From contig OY829846.1 of the NCBI GenBank assembly GCA_963691875.1, positions 896,001-960,000 on the forward strand: a DNA stretch of 64,000 nt, written 5' to 3'. The position numbers were made by a program, and so were the translations under genes. Source of the DNA: Aureliella sp. (GTDB lineage Bacteria; Planctomycetota; Planctomycetia; Pirellulales; Pirellulaceae). Of this stretch, positions 40,217 through 49,840 are shown piece after piece; the stretch's first letter is position 1; the number at the start of each line of letters is the position of its first letter. The notes beneath the pieces were generated by a model. That model worked only from the letters and a program-made list of their open reading frames with translations, searched no databases and was not told the DNA's origin.

Positions 40217-40412
40217 CATAATGATGGGCGGAAGAAACGGTCTTCGAGATTTTTGACGGTTTTGCGTACAGTCGCAGAGCAAATCGCGTAGGTCACTAGA
40301 AAAAAAACCGTTGGATAACGGAATCGCTCTGATTGCACACGACAATTGTCGAATCCCGCGAACTTTTTTGTTCGCTGTTTCCCTAACGGGCGAAACTCCC
40401 AAGCGTGGTCTA

Positions 40413-40682
40413 GGTAGTGTCCGTCAATTTGCACACATTTGATTTTGATGTTTTGTCTTTGAACTGCTTTCGATAAGCCCCTCTCGCCTCCACCATCGCA
40501 TCGGAGTTCAGGATTTACCAGGTCGCATCGATCGCGAAGGCGGGAGAGGGCGGCTCCCTTTTGTCGAGCCAGTGCTACAGTCAGCTCGCCGCTTTCTCAA
40601 TCATCCGCTTCTCTTTCAGGCGGTTCATGTCCAGGTAAGCCCGGTACCCCCGCTTCGTTCAGGCGATGTGTCGCAGCCGGGC
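40413..40682 (-). mobile_element. IS256-family remnant (transposase C-terminus plus right end)
   Basis: 40682-40581 translates to ARLRHIA*TKRGYRAYLDMNRLKE, matching the recalled IS256 C-terminus ARLRHVAGTKWG..RYL.M. Terminal-IR-like ggtagtgtccgtcaatttgcacacattt at 40413-40440. Confidence 0.75.
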
Positions 40683-41737
40683 GGGCGATTCGTTTAACGT
40701 CAATAGCACTAGGGATTAGCTAGCGGCTCGATAGGCGTGCAAAATCCTGGCTTAAATGTCACGTATCGAATCACAGAAATATCCCACGTAGTAAGATGTG
40801 TTTTTACGAGGCTACTTGCGGGCGAGGTAATTGTTGGAGCTTTAGTAAATCTCTTCCGTCCGCTTGCTGCGGGGTGCCCATAATTACTTGCCTAACTTTT
40901 TTGAGGTCGAAATTCACCCTTCAAAGTTCGAAACGGCGTGAAACTACACTTTTTCCCATTTGTGCATTGTTTTGTAATTGGGTTGGAGAGTGGATAGGCA
41001 TTTGAGACCTATGCGAAACTTGGTAACTGTTCCCATAGCACCTAGTTGCGAGGCGAAATTACCGCTTTCTTTTTTGACCGGCGATACCTTTGGCCATGTC
41101 CTAAGGAAAACAGTTACGCGCTGAAACTTCTCGAAACAAAATTGCTACGTCAAATCCAAAGCTGTTGCGGGACTGGTTTCAAACGTAGATGACACCATGC
41201 CAGTGGTTGCTCGACTAGTTCGAAACCAAGATTTCAGTTGGTGTTCAAGCCAACTTCGCGACGTTGCAACATTCGCTTCCACCGGTTTTCTTTCTAAAGC
41301 CGTGTCATCTGTCTTGCGATGCAGTTTCATGCTCTATCCTCGGCCAGGGTGAATTGCCACGATTAAAACACGCGGCCTGGCGTGTTATCGCCATTCGTGG
41401 CGAATCAGCGGCAAACGAAGACGATCGAGATTCGCGCAGAATGCGTCCTGTATAAACTCCACGCCGGCTTTGGAATTAACGAGTTTTGGACAAGCGAATT
41501 AATCCAGGGAAGCTTCAGGAAACGATGCATCGGCTTGCTCTAGGTCGAATGGTAACCCTAAAGGAAAGGAGTTTATTTGCTTCAATTGCCTCTAGTCAAC
41601 CAATGTGAACGGATTGGCTGGAAGCTAGGTGGATCGCTAACCGTGCGTCATTGCCACAGGTACAGTCTGTTAATTTCTAAGTGACCAAGCAAGTAGACAG
41701 ATAGCGTTTCGCTGGCACTTGCGATTATCTGATTTGA

Positions 41738-41766
41738 TTCCGAAGGTTCCGACTAAACCTTCGGAA
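41738..41766 (+). promoter_or_regulatory. Perfect 11-bp inverted repeat in the PEP-CTERM gene leader
   Basis: ttccgaaggtt-ccgacta-aaccttcggaa, no U tract, about 57 nt before the ATG. Confidence 0.5.
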
Positions 41767-41823
41767 CGAATTTCAAACAAAATTTCGTCTTCAACAATCT
41801 AACTTCAATTTTGGAAACAACTG

Positions 41824-42537
41824 ATGATACGTCATAAAACAACATCTGGATTTGCGCTTGCAGTGATGCTGGTCGCTTCTGCGGGCTGGGTGCAGGCTGG
41901 AGTGATCACAAGTACCAACTCCTCCGAAGGTTTTTTCGATGCGTCTTATAGTTAACGAAGCTTTGTTTTCAACTCCGGCAATTTCGGAGGAGGTTCCTCG
42001 ATAGTTACCGACGTCAACCTCTTAATTTCCTTTGCTAAAAGTAATGACAACTCATTTGTTGATGAGGGAAATCCGATTAACACTGGTAATGGCTATTTAA
42101 ACGAAATCGAATTTACCTTGCTTAGTCCTTTGGGAACAGCATTCACGCTCATCTCTAATGATCGATTAGAAGAGCCCGTTTCAGCCGATTCTTTTGAAAC
42201 CTTCGCCTTGGGCCAATCTGGTTCTTTTAAGGGCACGGTCTTGTTTGATCAGCAGGCGGCAAGCGCCGTAGATGTGAGTTCCAGTTCAATGACTGCAGGA
42301 ACTTTCCGACCAGATGATGACACACTAAACAGTCTCGATATCTTCAACGGAGAATCCGCCCTTGGTACTTGGACCCTCTTAATTGAAGATGATGTAAGTG
42401 CCGATGGCCTAAGCTTCTATGAGGCTTCGCTAACGGTCACCACCCCTGATGCTTCCACCGTCCCCGAACCCACCTCCCTAGCCATATTCGGCATCAGTGC
42501 TCTCGGCCTAGTCTGCCGCCAACGACGACGTTTATAA
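41824..42537 (+). pseudogene. PEP-CTERM protein with a proprotein-convertase P-like domain, interrupted by one nonsense codon
   Basis: ATG 41824 gives signal peptide MIRHKTTSGFALAVMLVASAGWVQA. In-frame TAA at 41953-41955. Same frame continues to L.SPLGT, FNGESALGTWTL.IED and VPEPTSLAIFGISALGLVCRQRRRL. Confidence 0.85.
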
Positions 42538-42580
42538 CAGCGAGTGGCGACGGCTAAAGCCGCGATGCAGACAACTAATC

Positions 42581-42613
42581 AAAACGGGCGATCACCATGA
42601 TCGTCCGTTTTTT
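42581..42613. terminator. Bidirectional terminator
   Basis: aaaacgggcgatc-accat-gatcgtccgtttttt between the convergent PEP-CTERM and integrase genes. Confidence 0.7.
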
Positions 42614-42659
42614 CCTAAGCACCACATATGAGTCCAATCGCGATCGCCGCATTTGCAGG

Positions 42660-43611
42660 TTGGCAAGACGCGGCGTCGAATTGCCGTGAAGTATTTACTC
42701 AGATCGCTGTATTCGTTTGTGAACGGTTTGCCATAATGCTGGACGAAGAACACCGGCTTGCCTTCTGTCTGTCTCGGACGGCGAGCGGAACTTGCTGCCA
42801 GCGCGTCAACTGTCTCTGGCCATAGCGGACATACTCGGTCGATCTCTGTTTTGACCGAGGACTATCCACGCTCGTCGTGGATCCACCGCCGAAAGCGGAA
42901 GTGTCGCGCAGTCATGCGGCCCGTATCCGCAATTGATTCCCAGCAGGATCATCGCTCGCAGGTGCAATCCCGCCTCGTCAAGCAACTTCCAGATGTCTTC
43001 GGCAGTAAACAGTTTTTTGCCCGATTCGCGTCGATGTCGCCGAACTGCTTTGCGGGGAGGCTCGCGGAACTCGCTGCCGAAGTACACCGGCTCTTTGGTG
43101 ACTCTGTTTTCGTAGCACCATTTGAACGCAGTTTTAACGCGCGTAACTTCGTTGCCCACGCTTATGAAGTTGAGTGTTTTCGCACGATCAGCCTGGAACT
43201 CAGCAAAGATTTGCGGAGACAGTGCATCTACCAAAGTGTCTCGATGCACCATCTTGGCGAATCGACTCCACGTCCGCTGATGCTCCAGATATGTCCGCTG
43301 AGCGATTTTGCCGGCTTCGCACGCTGCTTTCTTTGCGTTGAGAAATGCGTTCAGTGCAGCGCCAACGGTGACGGCTTGCGCTGGTACGGGAATCAGGCGC
43401 TTGGCCATGACGGCATTGTACTGCCTTAGTACCGCTGCTGATCCGTCGGGATCTGCTTCGGTGCCGGTTTCCAAGAGCCGAAATATTCGAGCTTTTGGTT
43501 GTTTTTTTGCCCACGATCCGTTGGAGTGAGCGGAAAGTCGGGGTAAGGCTTCCGGGGTTTGGTCGCTTTGTGCATTCGGCGCACCTCCAGTGAGGTGTAC
43601 TGCCCACGCAT
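42660..43611 (-). pseudogene. Tyrosine recombinase/integrase pseudogene
   Basis: KPRKPYPDFPL / H.NGSWAKK / LEYFGSW N-terminus is split across frames; core has AMILLGINCGYG; frameshift to PRSKTEIDRVCPLWPETVDAL; the HxxR and catalytic Tyr region is missing. Confidence 0.85.
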
Positions 43612-43703
43612 CCCGTGCGGACGACACTATGAAAAGAGTACGACACCTGCTCCGGGTGTCGCGGGTTGGGTGTCGTGATTTCAAAAACCCAACGTATAGT
43701 TAG

Positions 43704-43777
<74 letters not shown>

Positions 43778-44074
43778 GTCGGCTGGCCTGACCAGTGTCG
43801 ACTACAGTTTATCGACTTTCAAGCTGATGAAAACCAGCGTTTCTAGAAAAGAATTGCGGCGAGCTGAAATACTAGTCCGCATCCGTTCCTTTTAAAAGGA
43901 AGTCACTCCTCTCGATCGCTCAACGTCTAACGATACCACTGAAGTATCGTTAGGAAGAAATGAACTCGGCATAGGCATCCCGCCTGTGGTCTCAGCTGTG
44001 CTTTTAAGCACGGGAAGCGGAGGCCTTCACGATTGAGTTGCGCAGACAGGCAGGCTGCCTCTGCCAATGTTTGA

Positions 44075-44548
44075 CTAGGAGGTCGGCACGAGCCAGCTGA
44101 GGTGATGAGCAAAATGGACGAACTGCAGGTGTTCAGCAGTAGCTTTGCTCATCGCTCCGAAAATCGTGGAGGGATGAATCGTGCCACTGTGTCTTTGGAA
44201 GCGCGCGATGTTGCCTCGGAGGCTCTCGAGCGATGTTGAAAGAGCACTCTCGTCAAACTGATATACCGTGTCCGACGCGGTCGGCATTCCGTCTTTCATT
44301 TTCCCCTCGTCAAGAATGCGACGGAGCATTCCTGGCCCCAACCTGTTACGGATGACGCCAAAAATAAATCGCAAGAAAAATGGCGGAGAAGGAAAGCCAT
44401 CCATGGGATAGGTCAACCAGTCGTTGAGGTGTCGAACCGTTTGATCCAAACCCCACTTTCCAACTCGCTCATACCCCGATTCCAGTGCGGTCAGATCGTC
44501 GAGGACTCCAGCCCAGCTTTCGAATTGAAGGTCTCGACGTTCTGACAT
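44075..44548 (-). CDS. DUF1569 (DinB-like) protein
   Basis: RRDLQF, GKWGL.Q...HL, H..FG.M, H..HHLS.L.P. Confidence 0.8.
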   Translation of the reverse strand: MSERRDLQFESWAGVLDDLTALESGYERVGKWGLDQTVRHLNDWLTYPMDGFPSPPFFLRFIFGVIRNRLGPGMLRRILDEGKMKDGMPTASDTVYQFDESALSTSLESLRGNIARFQRHSGTIHPSTIFGAMSKATAEHLQFVHFAHHLSWLVPTS

Positions 44549-44586
44549 TGCTGCGCTCTGCCTCCGGTAGTGGGATTCTAGCGACG

Positions 44587-45156
44587 TTAGTTGCTGACGC
44601 GTTCGACGTAGTCGCCGGTGCGAGTGTCAACTTTGATGACATTGCCTTCCTTAATGAATCCAGGCACGGTGAATTCGGCCCCATTTTCAACGGTGGCAGG
44701 CTTGGTCACGTTGGTCGCTGTGTCCCCCTTGGCTCCAGGCTCACACTGCGTGACTTCGAGCTCGACGTGGATTGGCGGATCGAATGTGATTGGATTCCCG
44801 TTGAAAAGCACCATCGAACACTTAATGCCGTCTTTCAAGAACTTCCACTTGTCGTCGACTTGATCTTTCGTCAACTCGTACTGGTCGAAAGTCTCGTCGT
44901 TCATAAATACCCAAGTCTCGCCTTGCTGGTACAAGAACTGGACGGAAATGTCTTCCACATCAGCCGCTTCCAGCTCATCGCCACCCTTGTAGGTGCGGTC
45001 GACGACGGTACCGCGGAGCAAGTTTCGGAGCTTGCATTTGTAAAGCGCGTTGCCTTTGCCCGGTTTGACAAAATTCATCTCGATGATTTGGTATGGATCG
45101 CCGTCTATCTGAACTTTCAGTCCTTTTCGAAAGTCGTTGGTCTTGTAGCTGGGCAC
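44587..45156 (-). CDS. efp: Elongation factor P
   Basis: GTG start after GAGGAAAG; DFRKGLK, VKPGKG.A, PG.KGDTA, VP.FI.EG..IKVDTRTGDYV.R. Confidence 0.96.
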   Translation of the reverse strand: MPSYKTNDFRKGLKVQIDGDPYQIIEMNFVKPGKGNALYKCKLRNLLRGTVVDRTYKGGDELEAADVEDISVQFLYQQGETWVFMNDETFDQYELTKDQVDDKWKFLKDGIKCSMVLFNGNPITFDPPIHVELEVTQCEPGAKGDTATNVTKPATVENGAEFTVPGFIKEGNVIKVDTRTGDYVERVSN

Positions 45157-45254
45157 GCTTTCCTCGCTCGTGTTTATCTTGGGAAGTGATCTGACGATGT
45201 GTTCCGTAGCGTCGCTGGGATTGTTATGTTGGATGCCACGCGTGGAAATCACAC

Positions 45255-46295
45255 GTGGCACTTTTCTGGAGTTTGATTTTGGCGACGATTTTACCGGGAA
45301 ATACTTTGCCTGTCGAAGGCAGTTTCGAGCCAGCGGATTGGCGTGCGTCACTGCGAGCCGCATATCGAAGCAGCACGGATCTGTGCGATTTTCTCGGCGT
45401 CGATCCAAAGGTCGCTTGCCCGCAAGCGGAATCCGATTTCCCGATCCTGGCGCCCCGGGAGTTCGTCCAGCGGATGGAGCCTGGGAATCCGCGAGACCCA
45501 TTGCTGTTGCAGGTTGTATCGCAATCTGCGGAGTTAGTAGACTCTGGTGAGCTTGATCCTGTCGGCGAATTACCTGCAGAGCGTCATAAAGGACTGTTGC
45601 AGAAGTACGACCACCGCGTGCTGCTGATTCTGTCCGGCGCGTGTGCGATCCACTGTCGTTACTGTTTCCGCCGCAATTTCCCCTATGACGAGGCAGCTAA
45701 GGGCAGAGCTGAATGGCAAGAATGGCTTGAGCTGCTGCAATCCGATTCCACGATCGAAGAAGTCATCTTCAGCGGAGGAGATCCGCTTTCTGTCGGTGAT
45801 GATCGACTCTCATGGTTTATTCAGCAGGTCTCAGAGATTCCGCATATTCGGCGACTGCGATTTCACACTCGATTGCCGGTGGTGATTCCAAGCCGCGTTA
45901 CGCCGGAGTTTACAAGTTTGCTCGAGTCAGTTGAGCAGGCTGTCTACGTGGTGCTGCACATCAACCATGCTCAGGAACTCGATGAGTCAGTTTGGGCGGC
46001 GATCAGGCGACTGCATCGGGCAGGTACACAAGTGCTGAACCAAGCAGTTCTTCTGCGAGGCATCAACGACAACTTCGAAGCGCTTCGAGAGCTGTGCGTA
46101 CAGCTAGCCGATCGACAAGTCCTGCCCTATTACCTTCACCAGCTCGATCCAGTTCGCGGTGGGGTGCATTTTGGAGTGCCGGACGCCGAAGCACTAGAAC
46201 TAGTCGCTGCACTACGAGCTGACTTGCCTGGTTACGCAGTCCCCAGACTCGTTCGTGAGTTGAGCGGAGAAGCCAGTAAAACTTTGATTCACTAG
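45255..46295 (+). CDS. epmB: EF-P beta-lysylation protein EpmB (KamA-family radical SAM)
   Basis: DPLLLQV, KY..RVLL, CAIHCRYCFRR, SGGDPL, NQAVLLRGIND, PYYLHQLD; divergent from efp. Confidence 0.92.
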   Translation: MALFWSLILATILPGNTLPVEGSFEPADWRASLRAAYRSSTDLCDFLGVDPKVACPQAESDFPILAPREFVQRMEPGNPRDPLLLQVVSQSAELVDSGELDPVGELPAERHKGLLQKYDHRVLLILSGACAIHCRYCFRRNFPYDEAAKGRAEWQEWLELLQSDSTIEEVIFSGGDPLSVGDDRLSWFIQQVSEIPHIRRLRFHTRLPVVIPSRVTPEFTSLLESVEQAVYVVLHINHAQELDESVWAAIRRLHRAGTQVLNQAVLLRGINDNFEALRELCVQLADRQVLPYYLHQLDPVRGGVHFGVPDAEALELVAALRADLPGYAVPRLVRELSGEASKTLIH

Positions 46296-46320
46296 TTCAA
46301 TGATGTGGCGTGCCAATTAA

Positions 46321-46690
46321 ATGATTAAAGCTGTGATCTTTGACCTCTTTTGCCACACTGGTCTGCCTGACGCGTGATTCGCGGCCCTACTTCAGGCTCT
46401 GCCGGCAAACGCTTAGCAAGCGGAGAATTCGCGACTCGCAGACTATCAAGGCTGAAACTTTGCTCGGTTTTGCCAGTCTCTCGAGATCGATCCAGTTGCT
46501 GACATTTCACAGCTCCAGCGTGACCTCACCGCTGATGTTGTTTCGATCGAGCTGTTTTGTGACTCACTAGAGACACTGCAAGCATTGAAATCAACTGATG
46601 TTCGGATCGTACTCCTCTCCAACCTCGCTTCGCCTAACTGATCTTGCGCGAAGAACTTGGGGTTGAACCTATAAATAGATAGCACCAGCA
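46321..46690 (+). pseudogene. HAD-superfamily hydrolase pseudogene
   Basis: MIKAVIFDLF, frameshift, TLV...RPYFRL, frameshift, SIELFCDSLETLQALKS..VRIVLLSNLASP* (HAD motifs I and II). Confidence 0.7.
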
Positions 46691-47146
46691 TGGCTGTCAG
46701 GATCGGCGAGAATTACGACTTGATGAGAAGACTCAACAATCAACTCGGCAATGAACGTCGCCAGAATTCGAGAGCTACGCCCAGTAAGCGTCTGCGAGAT
46801 AGTAACCAGCAGGATTGCCGATGACTGTCTCTTTTGCGCTGACGCACAGTGGAAGTTGCTGGTGACGGACGCTGATGACTAAGAAAAATCTAAATTGGCC
46901 CAAAAGATCGCTCAGCGGAATTGCTGAATTTATGCGTCAGTATAATCTTCCGGTGCACGGCTAGACATTGGAACTACTGGAGATCTATTTATGCATCCGT
47001 GTGATCGCATGAAGAATGGCGATCCAATCCGAAGCGGCTTGATCCGCCGCTAGTCGAGCCTGCAGCCCAGTGGCCTTGCTCCCGGCGGTTAACTAAAGTG
47101 TCTCGCCCATTGGTTAAGCGGTTGCTTTGGACTCAGTCGCTGGCGG

Positions 47147-47551
47147 TCATGCTTGAATCGGCCAAGGGCCGTTGCGAAGCACAATGCGGTAGCCGTCGGG
47201 ATCTTCGTAAGTCCGCCCGTGAAGATCCCAGAACGGATTGAATGATGTCACAGGCGATGCGCCGAAGCCTTCGATTCTACTGACAGCTTCTTGCCACGAA
47301 GAATAGTTGGCAAAGTAAAACACCAGAAGATTTTCGCGCGTGGGCGCGCGGCCGACTTTGTGACCGTGAGCGTGCGTGAACTCGAAATGGTAAGGTATTT
47401 CCGAATGCCCAAGCATGACGCCATCGAAGCCTTCGTGATCGCGAAATTCGCCAAGCTTCTCGAAGCCGAGTGCTTCTGTATAAAACGCAAAGAGTGCATC
47501 GAGGTCGTCCGTTGGACGCGCTATCCGCAGGTGTTGGGCATCTTTCATCAT
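47147..47551 (-). CDS. VOC/glyoxalase family protein (YycE-like)
   Basis: LRIARPTD.L, F.DH.GFDGVMLG, YH.EFT, NP.W..HG.T.EDPDGYRIVL. Confidence 0.9.
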   Translation of the reverse strand: MMKDAQHLRIARPTDDLDALFAFYTEALGFEKLGEFRDHEGFDGVMLGHSEIPYHFEFTHAHGHKVGRAPTRENLLVFYFANYSSWQEAVSRIEGFGASPVTSFNPFWDLHGRTYEDPDGYRIVLRNGPWPIQA

Positions 47552-47565
47552 TCAGTCCACTCAAG

Positions 47566-47595
47566 AAAAAAGGCAGCGTCCTGCGACACTGCCTT
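47566..47595 (-). terminator. Intrinsic terminator of fba
   Basis: Minus strand aaggcagtgtc-gcag-gacgctgcctt followed by tttt. Confidence 0.75.
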
Positions 47596-47640
47596 AAAGT
47601 ATTGTCCACTTAGCCGAGCGAACTCAGTTGCAAAACATGC

Positions 47641-48651
47641 TTAGATCTTCGCGCGAAGCTTGGCACCATTTCCAGCTTGCCCAAAGGCGGTCATACGAGC
47701 TACGCAGACTTCCTGCATGGCAGCGCGAGCTGGCTTCAGGAAGTCACGTGGGTCGAACTTCTCAGGGCTATCGTGCATTACCTTGCGAATAGCACCGGTA
47801 ATTGCCATCCGGCAGTCCGTGTCGACATTGATCTTGCGAACGCCACTCTTAATGCCGCGTTGGATCTCTTCTACTGGAACACCGTAAGTTTGCTTCATCT
47901 CTCCACCGTACTGGTTGATGATGTCTTGCAAATCTTGAGGAACCGACGAGCTACCGTGCATTACCAAGTGGGTGTTTGGCAGCTTGGCGTGAATTTCTTC
48001 GATGCGTGTCATCGCTAGAACGTCACCATCAGGCTTGCGAGTGAACTTGTAGGCACCGTGGCTTGTTCCAATAGCAACAGCCAATGCGTCTACACCAGTC
48101 TTTTCAACGAACTCAGCGGCTTCGTCAGGATCAGTTAGCAGTTGGTCGTGCGAAAGTTTCCCAACCGCTCCGTGTCCGTCTTCTTGATCGCCTTCGCCCG
48201 ACTCGAGTGAACCGAGACAGCCCAGTTCGCCTTCGACGGAAACGCCCTTTTCGTGAGCAAGTTTCACGACTTCGGCAGTTACCTTAACGTTGTAATCGAA
48301 GTCAGCCGGGGTCTTGCCGTCTTCTTCGAGCGAGCCGTCCATCATGACAGATGTAAATCCATGGCTAATCGCGCTCAAGCAAGTCTCAACACTATTGCCG
48401 TGATCTTGGTGCATTACGATCGGCACGTCTTTATAAAGCTCGGCAGCAGCCCGCATCAAGTACTCGAGAAAGAGGTCTTGCGAGTATGCCCGAGCACCAC
48501 GGGAAGCTTGAACGATGACTGGAGAATCCGTCTCAACTGCAGCCTCCATGATCGCTTGGATCTGCTCCATGTTATTGACGTTGAAGGCAGCGACGCCATA
48601 GTCATTCTCTGCTGCGTGATCCAAAACGACGCGAAGGGGTACCAAGGGCAT
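47641..48651 (-). CDS. fba: Class II fructose-bisphosphate aldolase
   Basis: [55 protein letters not shown]. Confidence 0.96.
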   Translation of the reverse strand: MPLVPLRVVLDHAAENDYGVAAFNVNNMEQIQAIMEAAVETDSPVIVQASRGARAYSQDLFLEYLMRAAAELYKDVPIVMHQDHGNSVETCLSAISHGFTSVMMDGSLEEDGKTPADFDYNVKVTAEVVKLAHEKGVSVEGELGCLGSLESGEGDQEDGHGAVGKLSHDQLLTDPDEAAEFVEKTGVDALAVAIGTSHGAYKFTRKPDGDVLAMTRIEEIHAKLPNTHLVMHGSSSVPQDLQDIINQYGGEMKQTYGVPVEEIQRGIKSGVRKINVDTDCRMAITGAIRKVMHDSPEKFDPRDFLKPARAAMQEVCVARMTAFGQAGNGAKLRAKI

Positions 48652-48943
48652 TGTGGGATGACTCCTTTTTGCAGCCAGGATTACTGCAAATTGATCTAGA
48701 AACAGAAAGATTTTCGGCGAGATTATCGTTTCCTCGCGCTAATCCATCAATCCCACTAGCCCGTTTGCTCGTCGAAGGGCTTTTGCATCTTAAGCCTACT
48801 CCCGGCGAGCCCAAAAAGCACTGCGTCGCTCTCTATTGGTAGAATAGGCTCAACCGCCTTAAAGCTCCCTAAGGCTGCGATCAACCACCTAAACACCATG
48901 GAATGTCGGGTCCATCAGAATCCGCTGAGAGATTTAACGTATT

Positions 48944-49840
48944 ATGGCGAAGCACCGTTTCGATCCAAACAAATTCCTGGTCAAGCCTGGCTCCAAGCTG
49001 AGCTTGGTTAAACGCCCCACTGACGCCGGAAAAGATCTTAAGGACAAAGAACAAGGGCTTGAGACGCTTGGCCATGACGTGTCGCAACTTCAAGAACTGC
49101 AACAAGTTCTCTACGCGGCTGGTAGCCACTCACTGCTTATCATCTTTCAAGGCATGGACGCAGCAGGAAAAGATGGAACGATCCGACACGTCATGGGGGC
49201 AGTGAATCCTCAGGGCTGCCGAGTGTATTCCTTCAAGGCCCCAAATGACTTGGAGCTGCAGCATCACTTTCTCGCTCGACCGGTACCATGCTTGCCGGGG
49301 CGAGGCATGATCAGCATCTTCAATCGCTCGTACTACGAAGAAGTTCTGGTAGTACGCGTGCACCCGGAATTCTTGGTGCCGCAGAACCTGCCTAAGATTG
49401 ACGTGAAGAGTAATGCTTCGCTGAACAAGTTGTGGAAGCGTAGATTCAGTGAAATCAACGCCTTCGAAGAATCACTAGCAAACAACGGTACTACCATTCT
49501 CAAATTCTTTTTGCACGTATCGCGCAATGAGCAGAAGGAACGTTTTCTCGAACGATTGACCAATCCCGAGAAGTATTGGAAATTCAACTCGCGTGACTTG
49601 GCGGAACGCGCGATGTGGCCCAAGTACGTCAAAGCTTTTGAGTCGGCCTTGACTGAAACGAGTACAAAGAACGCGCCTTGGTTTGTGATTCCGGCTGACA
49701 ACAAATGGTATATGCGTGCCGCCATCGCAGATATCATTGCAACCAAGCTGAAGTCGTTGAAATTAAATTATCCGACAGTGGGCGCTGATGAATCAAGTGA
49801 CTTTGAAAAGCTAGCGGAACAATTGCGAAAAGAGAAATGA
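48944..49840 (+). CDS. ppk2: Polyphosphate kinase 2 family protein (class III-like)
   Basis: QGMDAAGKDGTI, VNPQG, FNRSYYEEVLVVRVH, PWFVIPADNKW. Confidence 0.92.
   Translation: MAKHRFDPNKFLVKPGSKLSLVKRPTDAGKDLKDKEQGLETLGHDVSQLQELQQVLYAAGSHSLLIIFQGMDAAGKDGTIRHVMGAVNPQGCRVYSFKAPNDLELQHHFLARPVPCLPGRGMISIFNRSYYEEVLVVRVHPEFLVPQNLPKIDVKSNASLNKLWKRRFSEINAFEESLANNGTTILKFFLHVSRNEQKERFLERLTNPEKYWKFNSRDLAERAMWPKYVKAFESALTETSTKNAPWFVIPADNKWYMRAAIADIIATKLKSLKLNYPTVGADESSDFEKLAEQLRKEK

Larger units (their letters stand above)
35100..43703. mobile_element. Degraded genomic island integrated at tRNA-Arg (left boundary approximate)
   Basis: Integrase pseudogene next to the tRNA 3' end, IS256 end, several pseudogenes, cargo that looks GC-richer by eye (36.2-39.9 kb). 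No att duplication found. Confidence 0.6.

Noticed and set aside
45157..45501. N-terminally extended EF-P (304 aa in the ORF track)
   Set aside because: The extension overlaps epmB, and GTG 45156 with an RBS gives a normal 189-aa EF-P.
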